DNA of 64,000 nt, taken from Beutenbergiaceae bacterium (GTDB lineage Bacteria > Actinomycetota > Actinomycetes > Actinomycetales > Beutenbergiaceae). Shown in pieces: positions 48,558 to 60,375 of the stretch (position 1 is its first letter; the number at the start of each line of letters is the position of its first letter). The stretch lies in assembly GCA_047972965.1 (NCBI GenBank), contig JBKEBC010000005.1, positions 2,014 to 66,013 on the forward strand. Direction: 5' to 3'. The notes under the pieces are model-generated. The model was not told where the DNA came from. It did no database searches and saw only the letters and a list, made by a program, of their open reading frames with translations. The position numbers were made by a program, and so were the translations under genes.

Positions 48558-49597
48558 GCGAAGCTGTCGGCCCCCAGCACCCCTTCGGCACCTCGGATTC
48601 GCTGCTACCCCTGTGGGCGACCGACAACCCCGACCGGGCTCTGGTGCTGCTAGCCCACGAGGGTCGGCAACAGGCGTATTCCTGGACTCCGTCCTCAGGC
48701 AGGCTCGTCGTAGCCACCGACCGGAAACTAGGGGTGGACACGGTAGCCATCGACCCCTCTGGCCGGTGGATTTGGTGGTTCGACGACGCCGATGGCAGCG
48801 AATGTGGCCAGTGGCGGCGCCAACCGTTCAACTCCACTACTGGCCGCCCGGCAGAAACCCCCATCCGGTTGGCTCCGGCATCTCCACGCGGGCTGCTCCT
48901 AGGACGTGACGGGATCGCCATCGTCGGTCGCAGCACACCGGCGGGAACTCAGATCCATGCGGTCCCATTCGGTCCGATCAGCCACGGCAGCGACGGGCCG
49001 ACATTGATCTACACCCACCCGGGCTGGGCCGCTGCTCAAGCTTTGAGCCACGACGACCGGTTGATCGCCGTCGAGCACTCCGAGAACGGCGATGCTGGAC
49101 GGCCAGCCATCCGCGTTTTTCAACGCAATGGCCAACCAGTGGCGGAGTTGGACGATGGCCCCACCCGGGGGTTGTGGGCGTTGGGTTTCGCTCCGGCTCC
49201 CAGCGATCACCGGCTGCTCGTGCGCCATGAACGCTCTCCCTCGCCCCGATTGCTGCTCTGGGATGTCGATACCCGCCTGCAGCGGCAAGTCGAGGTCGGG
49301 ATAGCTGGCGAGATCCGCACCGCTGCCTGGTTTCCCGATGCCCGCAACCTGCTGGTGACCGTGGAATCGGGTGAGGGCACACACCTAGGTCGAGTGGACC
49401 TGTATTCCGGTGTCACCACGCAGATCGACGTCGCGATGACACCGATCCTGGCCGCCGCTGCCCGGCCCGATTCAGATGTCTGGGTCCGGCTCGGTGGCGC
49501 AGACCCGGCCCTGGTGTCAGCGCGTGATGGTTCGCCGCTGCTGGCAACCCCAGGGCCCGAGAACGGGCGGGAGGCCACCGGCGGAAACGGTGCCTAG
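48554..49597 (+). CDS. Hypothetical protein resembling the beta-propeller domain of S9 peptidases; no catalytic domain
   Basis: 347 aa. ATGA start/stop overlap with copC. Repeated propeller-like strands (IDPSGRWIWW, SHDDRLIAV, WFPDARNLLV). No GxSxG elbow seen. Confidence 0.45.
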   Translation: MSEAVGPQHPFGTSDSLLPLWATDNPDRALVLLAHEGRQQAYSWTPSSGRLVVATDRKLGVDTVAIDPSGRWIWWFDDADGSECGQWRRQPFNSTTGRPAETPIRLAPASPRGLLLGRDGIAIVGRSTPAGTQIHAVPFGPISHGSDGPTLIYTHPGWAAAQALSHDDRLIAVEHSENGDAGRPAIRVFQRNGQPVAELDDGPTRGLWALGFAPAPSDHRLLVRHERSPSPRLLLWDVDTRLQRQVEVGIAGEIRTAAWFPDARNLLVTVESGEGTHLGRVDLYSGVTTQIDVAMTPILAAAARPDSDVWVRLGGADPALVSARDGSPLLATPGPENGREATGGNGA

Positions 49598-49625
49598 GCG
49601 CTGGCCCCTGACCCCCGGCCGGGTT

Positions 49626-49955
49626 TTAGTCGAGAGCAGTAGCGATCAGCAGCACCGGAGCCAGCACGGCTGTGGCACCCACCACCCACCACTGCAGCTT
49701 GCGAATGGTGCGGGTACGCCGCACGCTGGCGATCACCCATAGCACCCCAGCGCAACCAGCGAGCACTAGCACCAAAACCGGGAATAGTGCTTCTGCAACA
49801 CTGATCCGGTCATCGCCAAACAGCCCTTCCTGGTCGACGGTGATGATGGCGGCCACGAGGTAAGTCAGCGCCAACAGCCCAAAAACCAGGACCGCAGGAA
49901 CCCATGGCCGGGTAACAACACTGGCCACTACATCACGCTCCCATGCCTGACCCAT
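49626..49955 (-). CDS. Hypothetical membrane protein (three TM helices)
   Basis: 109-aa ORF, hydrophobic throughout. Confidence 0.4.
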   Translation of the reverse strand: MGQAWERDVVASVVTRPWVPAVLVFGLLALTYLVAAIITVDQEGLFGDDRISVAEALFPVLVLVLAGCAGVLWVIASVRRTRTIRKLQWWVVGATAVLAPVLLIATALD

Positions 49956-50027
49956 CGGGCGAGCTCGCTCCTGCGTTCAGCTCGCTTCCGATAGTAAGGG
50001 CACCCCCGCCTAGGAGGCCAGTTCAGG

Positions 50028-53091
<3,064 letters not shown>

Positions 53092-53333
53092 TGGAACAAA
53101 CGATCTCGCTCGGGGTGGATATAGCTAGCAGTCAAGTTTAGGGCGGTCCTGCAGGTGAAATTGCTGCCGGTCCGCATCCCGGGACGTGTGCTACCGCACA
53201 ACTGGCACCCACCGGGCTCGAAGGAACCACGTCCGTGGCATCGATGGTGCGGCTGCGTGGGGACCACTGTCCGGTATCGGTGGTCTGCGCCACCGAGACA
53301 CCGACACCCGCGCGATCCGCCCGCCGCTGTCAG

Positions 53334-53909
53334 CTAACTGCGGTGCAACGCCTCGAATTCCGCCTCCGCAGCGGTTTCTTCATCAATATCCAGCCGCAGG
53401 TGCGCTATCAGGGTGAGCAGAACGCGCATGGCGCTGGCTGCCCGCTCCCCCCAGGAAGAGAGATAGGAGAACTGCCACCACCACAGGGCTTCGGACACAT
53501 GCCCGGCCTGGTGATGCTGCAACCCGGTCAGCAGCCCTTGGGCGACGATCGTCAGATCGTTGCTGAGCGACCCGACTCCCACCTCGTCGCTAATCAGTGG
53601 GTCGGCGATTTCCCGGTACTCATCGATGCCGTCAAGCATGTTGGCCAAGGAGGTGCGCAGCGCCTCAGCGTCACTTTCCGGGCCGTCGTCTGGTTCGAAC
53701 CGATCCGCCGGTATCACATCGACGATGGCACCCAGCCGCGCGCCCGCGGCCGCAACATCCGAAACCGCCAACAGCAGCAATGGAAGAGCCGCGTCCGGGG
53801 TGCTACCGGCCGCCACCTCTGACACGGTGCTGAGGTATCGCTGGGCGACAACGGTGGTACTGGCCCCCAACGCCGTCAGGTCGGCATCTAGCTGCGGATC
53901 CTCAGGCAT
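53334..53909 (-). CDS. Acidic hypothetical protein (DUF5063-like)
   Basis: 191 aa. 8-nt overlap with recR. Assignment is from recalled family resemblance and position between recR and ask only. Confidence 0.5.
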   Translation of the reverse strand: MPEDPQLDADLTALGASTTVVAQRYLSTVSEVAAGSTPDAALPLLLLAVSDVAAAGARLGAIVDVIPADRFEPDDGPESDAEALRTSLANMLDGIDEYREIADPLISDEVGVGSLSNDLTIVAQGLLTGLQHHQAGHVSEALWWWQFSYLSSWGERAASAMRVLLTLIAHLRLDIDEETAAEAEFEALHRS

Positions 53910-54501
53910 TGATGGTCTGCCTTCCCTCGAAGGCCCGTCCCAGCGTCACTTCATCGGCGTATTCCAGGTCCCCACCCACAGGCAAGCCGGACGCTAGTCG
54001 GGACACGGTGATACCCATAGGCCGCAGCATACGGATCAAGTAGGTGGCTGTGGCTTCACCTTCGACGTTGGGATCGGTGGCAATGATCACTTCCTCGACC
54101 TCGCCGTCGGCCAGGCGGACCATCAGCTCCCTGATGCGCAGATCATCGGGCCCGATGCCCTCGATCGGATTGATGGCCCCGCCGAGCACGTGGTACCTGC
54201 CCCGAAATTCACGGGTGCGTTCGACGGCGATGACGTCCTTCGCTTCTTCGACGACGCATATCACAGCGCTATTGCGGCGCGGGTCGGTGCAGATGCGGCA
54301 CCGCTGCTGCTCCGAAATGTTGCCGCAGACCTCACAGAAACGGACCTTCTCCTTGACCACGGTCAGGACCGCTGCCAGGTGCGCGACATCGGCTGGATCG
54401 GCGGCCAGGATATGGAACGCGATGCGCTGTGCGCTCTTTGGCCCGACGCCGGGCAGTCGCCCCAGCTCGGTGACCAGATCCTGCAGGGCTCCCTCAAACA
54501 T
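53902..54501 (-). CDS. recR: Recombination protein RecR
   Basis: 199 aa. HhH N-terminus ([15 protein letters not shown]). C4 zinc finger CEVCGN...CRIC. TOPRIM. Confidence 0.95.
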   Translation of the reverse strand: MFEGALQDLVTELGRLPGVGPKSAQRIAFHILAADPADVAHLAAVLTVVKEKVRFCEVCGNISEQQRCRICTDPRRNSAVICVVEEAKDVIAVERTREFRGRYHVLGGAINPIEGIGPDDLRIRELMVRLADGEVEEVIIATDPNVEGEATATYLIRMLRPMGITVSRLASGLPVGGDLEYADEVTLGRAFEGRQTINA

Positions 54502-54503
54502 GC

Positions 54504-57104
54504 TCAGCTACGCCCTTCGTCGCCGTACTCATCGATGACGGTTCCTCCGAGCATGCGCTCGACCAGCGGAACCCCCACCAGGTTCGACCCTTCAAGCTCG
54601 GGATCGGAGGCGTCCGCTTCGAATTCGGCCTCCTCCACCGGAGGTGCCACCACCATCAGGTGACGGGTCCGCGGCGGCGGATCGTCTGGGTCGTCTTCAC
54701 TCTCCCACGGCGGGAGATCGGGCACCGCTGGAGCTCCACCGGACGACGCCGTCGGGCCATCTGCCGAGCGTCCGCGCGAGGTAGCGGCGTCTCTGGCCGG
54801 GCCAGCGGCCGACTCCCGCGCTCCCGGGTCAGGTGCCCACTCGGGAGCACCCGGGTCAGCGGCCGACTCCCGAGCTGCCGGGTCAGATCCCGACTCGGGA
54901 GCACCCGGGGCAGATCCCGGCTCCACCAGTCCCGGTGATGCCGCGTCCGCAATGCCATCAGAGGTGCGGCGAGGCGAAGGGTCGTCGGCAGCCTGCGCCG
55001 TTGCTGGGCCGGGGTTGGAGCGGTCGGTATTGCTCCCACCCGCGCTGTCCGGCGCCGCTGAGCCAGGCCCGGAGGTGTGCCGCTCGGCTCGGCCTTGGCC
55101 GGTGTGGCTGGCCGTATCAGCAGTGGGTGGCTGGGACCCAGTGGCGCCGCGCTGTGGCTGATCACCAGGCGCGGAGGCAGTGGAATCAGCCCCCGGTGGG
55201 CTCGGTGGCCGAGCCCAGTCCGCAGCAGCGGCGGCCGAGCGATCGATCGGTTCCGGTTCCGGGTTCTGGGTATCTCCGGTGACCACGGTCTCCACCCGAA
55301 CCTCAAGTCCCAGCGTTTGGGAGACGGCACGCTGGACCGGTTCAGCATGCGGGCCGGTGCGGAACGTCGACAGCAACCCTTCGGTGGGAAATCCGAGCGT
55401 GAGGACCGCTCCGTTCAGGTCCGCCACTTGCGCATTTTGGAGCAACGCCCACGTGATCCGCTTCATCTGCGCCAAGGTGCCCAGGACTTCAGCCCATCGG
55501 TGCCGAACGTCTTCGGTGCTCAGACCCGCTGCCGCTGCAGGTTCGGGTGAGGGCACCGAATCCGCTGGTACCGGTGCTGAATCAGACCGCCCCGAGGTAG
55601 CGGGATGCTCGCCCTCCTGTTGGTTACCTGCCTGTTGGTTACCTGCCTGCTGGTTACTTGGCTGTTGATCACTTGTCTTTCCAGCGGCAGGCGGCTCACC
55701 CGGTTCACCCATCGGTGGCGCAGTGTCCGCATCCGCATCCGCATCCGCATCCGCATCCGCATCCGACGCAGATTCACCCGGCCCGGAACGATCGGGCAAA
55801 TCGGAGGGGTGCGCACGAGTGGCCGAGGTAGCTTCAGGTGGCGGCGAGGTAGCTTCAGGTGGTGACGCGGGAGCCGGCGGAGGTGACGCAGGGGCCGCCG
55901 GAGGTGGCGCGGGAGCTGCCGACCGGCCGGAAACCGGAATGCCCCCGGGAACCTGCGACTGCTCCAACCGCTCCAGCCGCGCGCCAAAGCCCCGCGTCGC
56001 GTCGTCGGCCGCAGGCAGCAGCAGCCGCGCACACAACAACTCCAACTGCAACCGGGGTGAGGTCGCCCCCACCATCTCAGTCAATGCATCGTTGGTGAGG
56101 TCAGCGGCACGAGAGGCGTTGGCAAGCCGTAGATTCGCGGCCTGGGTCCGCATCCGCTCCAGTTGATCAGCTGGGATAGTCCGCAGCACTGAGGCGGCTT
56201 GATCACCGGCGGCTAGCACCACAATCAGATCTCGAAGTCGCTCCAGCAGATCCTCGACGAATCGGCGCGGTGCGTGCCCAGTAGCGATGACCCGATCGAC
56301 CACCCGGAACAGGCTGGCGCCATCTCGGGCTGCGAGTGCCTCGACGGCGTCGTCGAGCAGGGTGGCATGGGTGTAGCCAAGCAGGGCAACCGAGCGTTCA
56401 TAGGTCACCTCGCCGTCAGCCCCGGCAATGAGCTGATCCAGGACGGAGAGCGAGTCGCGCACCGACCCGCCACCGGCTCGAACCACCAGTGGCAGGACGC
56501 CATCAGCAACCGCAACCTGCTCGGCGTCGGCAAGTCGACCCAGATACTCCAGGAGTTGCTCCGGTGGCACCAGCCGGAAGGGATAGTGGTGGGTGCGTGA
56601 GCGGATGGTTCCAATGACCTTGTCCGGCTCGGTGGTAGCGAACACGAACTTCACATGCTCGGGCGGCTCTTCCACCAGTTTGAGCAACGCGTTGAAGCCC
56701 TGGGTGGTGACCATGTGCGCTTCGTCGATGATGAAGACCTTGTACCGGTCTCGCGCCGGCGCGAATGCGGCCCGTTCCCGCAATTCGCGGGCATCGTCTA
56801 CCCCACCGTGGGAAGCCGCATCAAGTTCAACGACATCCAGTGCACCCGGGCCACCGCGGGCCAGTTCCACGCACGAGTCGCACCTGCCGCAGGGGGTGTC
56901 GGTGGGGCCTTGCTCACAATTGAGGCAGCGGGCAAAGATGCGCGCAGAGGTCGTTTTACCGCAGCCGCGTGGGCCGGAAAACAGATAGGCGTGGGTTGCT
57001 CGACCGCTGCGCAACGCCGCCGTCAGGGGATCGGTGACGTGCTCTTGTCCGATGACGTCAGCGAAGGTATCCGGCCGGTAGCGACGGTACAACGCGGTGC
57101 TCAC
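54504..57104 (-). CDS. dnaX: DNA polymerase III subunits gamma/tau with a very long low-complexity linker
   Basis: 866 aa. GPRGCGKTT Walker A. Zn module CGRCDSC. About 400 aa of P/A/S/D-rich linker. Conserved actinobacterial C-terminal [13 protein letters not shown]. Confidence 0.95.
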   Translation of the reverse strand: MSTALYRRYRPDTFADVIGQEHVTDPLTAALRSGRATHAYLFSGPRGCGKTTSARIFARCLNCEQGPTDTPCGRCDSCVELARGGPGALDVVELDAASHGGVDDARELRERAAFAPARDRYKVFIIDEAHMVTTQGFNALLKLVEEPPEHVKFVFATTEPDKVIGTIRSRTHHYPFRLVPPEQLLEYLGRLADAEQVAVADGVLPLVVRAGGGSVRDSLSVLDQLIAGADGEVTYERSVALLGYTHATLLDDAVEALAARDGASLFRVVDRVIATGHAPRRFVEDLLERLRDLIVVLAAGDQAASVLRTIPADQLERMRTQAANLRLANASRAADLTNDALTEMVGATSPRLQLELLCARLLLPAADDATRGFGARLERLEQSQVPGGIPVSGRSAAPAPPPAAPASPPPAPASPPEATSPPPEATSATRAHPSDLPDRSGPGESASDADADADADADADTAPPMGEPGEPPAAGKTSDQQPSNQQAGNQQAGNQQEGEHPATSGRSDSAPVPADSVPSPEPAAAAGLSTEDVRHRWAEVLGTLAQMKRITWALLQNAQVADLNGAVLTLGFPTEGLLSTFRTGPHAEPVQRAVSQTLGLEVRVETVVTGDTQNPEPEPIDRSAAAAADWARPPSPPGADSTASAPGDQPQRGATGSQPPTADTASHTGQGRAERHTSGPGSAAPDSAGGSNTDRSNPGPATAQAADDPSPRRTSDGIADAASPGLVEPGSAPGAPESGSDPAARESAADPGAPEWAPDPGARESAAGPARDAATSRGRSADGPTASSGGAPAVPDLPPWESEDDPDDPPPRTRHLMVVAPPVEEAEFEADASDPELEGSNLVGVPLVERMLGGTVIDEYGDEGRS
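55729..55764. repeat. In-frame (GCATCC)6 microsatellite inside dnaX, encoding (DA)6
   Basis: Counted directly. Adjacent 15-bp x4 imperfect repeat at 55616-55675 encodes the QQAGN units. Confidence 0.9.
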
Positions 57105-57164
57105 CCGTTCACTCTAGGCCGCGGCGGCGACAGTCGGGGCACCTGACACCACACTGGTGGCAAC

Positions 57165-57260
57165 CAAAGACCCCCCGTGCACCCACCAGAGCCCACCTGC
57201 CCTTGCTGCCTTCCGGCCCTGGGGGAGTTCAGTGAGATGATGCCGCACGAGGGGCTGAGG
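57165..57260 (-). ncRNA. ffs: Small signal recognition particle RNA (4.5S-type)
   Basis: Minus strand carries the domain IV signature CAGGGCC-GGAA-GGCAGCAAGGG. Closing helix CCCCUCGUGC/GCACGGGGGG. Classic position just upstream of dnaX. The ends are approximate. Confidence 0.7.
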
Positions 57261-57419
57261 CACAGTCTACGCAAAGTGCGGGACCGCTGAACCACTCCCG
57301 GCCTGGCCTGACATTCACGCCAGGCACCGCGCCCATCACCCATGGCCGGGCGCTGCCCGCGCCGAACATGGACGTCCGTGAACGCTTGCCCCAAGGTCGG
57401 GTATCCTCGTGGGCGCTCA

Positions 57420-57504
57420 GGAGGATTCGCCTAGTGGCCTATGGCGCACGCTTGGAAAGCGTGTTGGGTGCAAGCCCTCGGGGGTTCGAATCCCCCATCC
57501 TCCG
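57420..57504 (+). tRNA. tRNA-Ser (anticodon GGA), long variable arm
   Basis: GGAGGAT...CACGC-TTGGAAA-GCGTG-variable arm-GGGGG-TTCGAAT-CCCCC-ATCCTCC-G. Confidence 0.95.
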
Positions 57505-57513
57505 CCGTTGTGA

Positions 57514-57557
57514 TGAGTCGCGACACAGGTGACATGTGAGTCGCGACATAGGTGACA
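57514..57557. repeat. Tandem 23-bp-period direct repeat TGAGTCGCGACAYAGGTGACA x2
   Basis: Copies at 57514-57534 and 57537-57557 differ at one base. They begin 10 nt after the tRNA-Ser 3' end. Confidence 0.85.
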
Positions 57558-57568
57558 GTTTTCAAGGA

Positions 57569-57591
57569 AGCTCGGGCCATCGGCCCGGGCT
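57569..57591 (+). terminator. Hairpin downstream of tRNA-Ser
   Basis: About 10-bp GC-rich stem (AGCTCGGGCC-atc-GGCCCGGGCT, with one G:T pair), followed by CGTCGTTGT. Confidence 0.4.
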
Positions 57592-57745
57592 CGTCGTTGT
57601 GAGTGCGCCAGTCGCTACGGGTTGACCCTACGAAAGTCGCCGAGTTCGAAGGTTTGTGGCAATGCCGAGCCCCACGACGCCCGAATTTGGCGTGAACCCT
57701 CGTACTCACGGCGGTGGGCAGCGCACGCATCACGGTCAGCCGCAC

Positions 57746-57794
57746 AGCACCCAGCACCCAGCACCCAGCACCCAGCACCCAGCACCCAGCACCC
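57746..57794. repeat. Perfect heptanucleotide microsatellite (AGCACCC)7
   Basis: Counted directly: seven units. The minus strand reads (GGGTGCT)7. Confidence 0.95.
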
Positions 57795-57827
57795 GAAGGC
57801 TGTCGGTCATACCCGCCACCACCAACC

Positions 57828-57964
57828 CCAAGTCGTGATTGGGCGACCAAGTCGTGATTCGCGCATCACGACCCCGCAGCCCAACCACGACTTGGTCACG
57901 CACCACGACCCCCCAGCCCAACCACGACTTGGTCACGCAACACAACCCCCCAGCCCAACCACGC
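57828..57964. repeat. Compound palindromic repeat, copy D, with the right arm expanded into about three tandem 37-38-nt units
   Basis: CCAAGTCGTGATTGGGCGACCAAGTCGTGATTCGCGCATCACGACCCCGCAGCCCAACCACGACTTGGTCACGC, followed by ACCACGACCCCCCAGCCCAACCACGACTTGGTCACGC and a degenerate third unit. Confidence 0.9.
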
Positions 57965-58054
57965 TCGGCGCTTTCAGGCGCGCATGGGGACACTTCGCAC
58001 CGGTCAACAACCCGGTTCCACGCACTGGTGTGAACTCTCACCTAGGATCGTCCT

Positions 58055-58351
58055 GTGATCTTCAAGTCCGTAGGTGATGGGCGGCCCTACCCCGATCACG
58101 GCCGCACCACCCCCAAGCAGTGGGCCGAGGTGCCCCCTCGACAAGTCCGGCTGGATGAACTGGTTACCACCAAGTCGACTCTGGACTTGCGCAGTCTGCT
58201 CTCCGAAGACTCCACCTTCTATGGCGACCTGTTCGCCCACGTGGTCAAGTGGCAGGGCACGATGTACCTCGAAGATGGGCTGCATCGCGCACTGCGGGCA
58301 GCTCTAGGTCAGCGCAACGTCCTGCACGCTCGGGTGCTAGAACTTTCATGA
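58055..58351 (+). CDS. Small conserved hypothetical protein, possibly ParB/sulfiredoxin-fold
   Basis: 98 aa. The C-terminal pattern VVKWQGTMYLEDGLHRALRAAL resembles the ParB-like DGxHR core. Weak, by eye only. Confidence 0.4.
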   Translation: MIFKSVGDGRPYPDHGRTTPKQWAEVPPRQVRLDELVTTKSTLDLRSLLSEDSTFYGDLFAHVVKWQGTMYLEDGLHRALRAALGQRNVLHARVLELS

Positions 58352-58382
58352 ACGATTCTGATATTCGGCTAGGTTTCTGCTC

Positions 58383-58997
58383 GTGACGCAAAGCCCGGAG
58401 GCCGTTCGCGCCAGAGTTGCACGCCGCCGCCATCTGCAACAACGGCAGACGGTAATCTTCGGCGCTCTCATTGCCGCACTGCTGGTGGCGGGCCTGCTCG
58501 GGATCGCGACCTGGACCAACATCATCCCGTCACCGATCAGCATCCCCCTGTACAGCGGACCGCCACCGGCCCCGGTTGCCGAGCAGGCACCGCCATGCCC
58601 ACCCGAGGGTGCGCTCCCGGTGGCCTACAGTCAGGTCAGCGCCAACGTGTTCAACGGCACGGACACCTCAGGTCTCGCAGCTCTGACCGGGGCATCGCTG
58701 CGCAACTACGGCATCCAGACCGGCCGAGAATCGAATGGGACCACCTACGGCGGTGTCGCTGAGATCACCACCGGCGAACTAGGAATTCCGGCCGCCTACA
58801 CCGTTGCCGCGTTGTTCACCGACAGTCAGATCGTGCTCGATTCTCGGGAGGATGGCAGTATCGACATCCTGCTCGGAGCGCAGTTCGAAGACCTCATTCC
58901 ACTTGAGGAGGTCGCCCTCGATCCCGAGGCCCCCATTGCCGCACCGGCTGACTGCCAGCTACCACCCACACCGGAGCCGACTGAGGCAGTCGAATGA
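58383..58997 (+). CDS. LytR C-terminal domain-containing membrane protein
   Basis: 204 aa, GTG start. N-terminal TM. LytR_C-like VFNGTDTSGLAA...IVLDSRE...DILLG. Confidence 0.65.
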   Translation: MTQSPEAVRARVARRRHLQQRQTVIFGALIAALLVAGLLGIATWTNIIPSPISIPLYSGPPPAPVAEQAPPCPPEGALPVAYSQVSANVFNGTDTSGLAALTGASLRNYGIQTGRESNGTTYGGVAEITTGELGIPAAYTVAALFTDSQIVLDSREDGSIDILLGAQFEDLIPLEEVALDPEAPIAAPADCQLPPTPEPTEAVE

Positions 58998-59428
58998 CGT
59001 CGCCGGGGTTCTCCCCGCTCATGCCACCGGCGCCACCGTACGAGCCTGCCCAGTTGCAGTACACCCAGGCTTCCGAGGTGGACAGTCTGCGCGCCAACCT
59101 GCGCACCCCGGTTGACGCCGCCACATTCGTCAACGCGTACACCCGCCCGGTTCCCAGCTACGCGGAGACCTTCGCTGAGCCGGGGTACTTCACCAAGCGG
59201 CAGCCCGTCAGTGCCGTCGCGGTGATAGCCCTGGTATGTGGCTTGCTCAGCCCCTTTCTGGTGCTCACAGCGCCGGTAGCGATTGTGCTGGGGCATATCG
59301 GACTGGTCGTCACCGGCAACAACGAGTATCAGGGCCGCGGCCTGGCAATCGGCGGGCTTGTGATCGGATACGGGTTCGTCAGCGTTCTGCTACTGCTCTT
59401 TGCCGCCTTGTGGCTTGTTGGTCAATGA
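58994..59428 (+). CDS. DUF4190-like membrane protein
   Basis: 144 aa. Pro-rich N-terminus. Two TM helices with the family-typical LGHIGL...GRGLAIGGLVIG. Confidence 0.6.
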   Translation: MTSPGFSPLMPPAPPYEPAQLQYTQASEVDSLRANLRTPVDAATFVNAYTRPVPSYAETFAEPGYFTKRQPVSAVAVIALVCGLLSPFLVLTAPVAIVLGHIGLVVTGNNEYQGRGLAIGGLVIGYGFVSVLLLLFAALWLVGQ

Positions 59429-60153
59429 AGCCCTTCCTGCTATTGGCGACCCGTCCCGAAGACGACGCCGCAGATGGCGAGTACGCCTCCTTCCTGCAGT
59501 TCACCGGATTAGCACCACAGAAACTGCGACGGTTCCGGCTGGAACAGGCTCCGCTACCTCCCATCGACCTCGATGACTACTCCGGGATCTTTCTTGGAGG
59601 CAGCCCGTTCAATTCAGGCGAAACCCACAAGTCCGAATTGCAGCGCCGGGTCGAGGGTGACCTGAACCGTTTGCTAGCCGATGTCGTCGCCCGGGACTTT
59701 CCGTTTTTCGGGGCATGCTACGGCGTGGGGACGCTGGGGCTATTGGCCGGTGGAGTGCTGGACACCACCTACTCCGAGCCGGTATCCGCCGTTGAAGTCG
59801 AGGTAACGCCACAGGGGGCACAGGACCCGCTGCTGGCGGGTATGCCGCCGCGATTTGCCGCCTATGTCGGACACAAGGAAGCACTTTCCCAGCTCCCGCC
59901 AGGGGCTGTGTTGCTAGCCACCGCGCAGTCATGCCCCATTCAGATGTTCCGCCTCGGGCGCAACATGTACGCCACGCAGTTTCATCCCGAGCTAGACGAG
60001 GCCGCCATCGTCACGCGCATCTACACCTACGCCAACCACGGTTACTTCCCGCCGGAAACCCGCGATGAAGTGATCACCGCCGTCCGCGGGGCCCCGGTCG
60101 GCTCGGCACACCAGCTGTTATCCGCCTTTGCCCAACGGTACGCACGGGAGTGA
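59425..60153 (+). CDS. Class I glutamine amidotransferase-like protein
   Basis: Start re-assigned to the ATG overlapping the upstream stop (ATGA). GACYG nucleophile elbow and QFHPE motif. Confidence 0.75.
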   Translation: MKPFLLLATRPEDDAADGEYASFLQFTGLAPQKLRRFRLEQAPLPPIDLDDYSGIFLGGSPFNSGETHKSELQRRVEGDLNRLLADVVARDFPFFGACYGVGTLGLLAGGVLDTTYSEPVSAVEVEVTPQGAQDPLLAGMPPRFAAYVGHKEALSQLPPGAVLLATAQSCPIQMFRLGRNMYATQFHPELDEAAIVTRIYTYANHGYFPPETRDEVITAVRGAPVGSAHQLLSAFAQRYARE

Positions 60154-60331
60154 GCACGAGGATATTCCGGTCCACCCTGGACCTGGCCCGGCCAGTTGTC
60201 GGCCGATCGGGGCCATAGCCGCACCATGGCCCTCGGCCCAGCTGAGGGCAGCCGCCATCCGGATGTCCCGGTGACCCATCGGGCCGAGCTCGGTGGTCTC
60301 GGCCAGGCCGGTCCTTTGTCAGCGCTGCGAT

Positions 60332-60369
60332 CCGGGTGCCCCGGTCACCCAACGGACCGAGGCACCCGG
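60332..60369 (-). terminator. Extended hairpin after the aldehyde dehydrogenase gene
   Basis: CCGGGTGCC-C-CGGTC-(8-nt loop)-GACCG-A-GGCACCCGG. Starts 7 nt after the stop codon. No U-tract. Confidence 0.5.
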
Positions 60370-60375
60370 TGCTGG

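Noticed and set aside
57746-57964. Possible CRISPR array (regular short repeats near palindromic sequence); also considered for 24586-24630.
   Set aside because: Repeat periods are 6-7 nt with no spacers, or about 37 nt with no unique spacers. No cas genes are present. The palindromic copies are dispersed singly, not arrayed.
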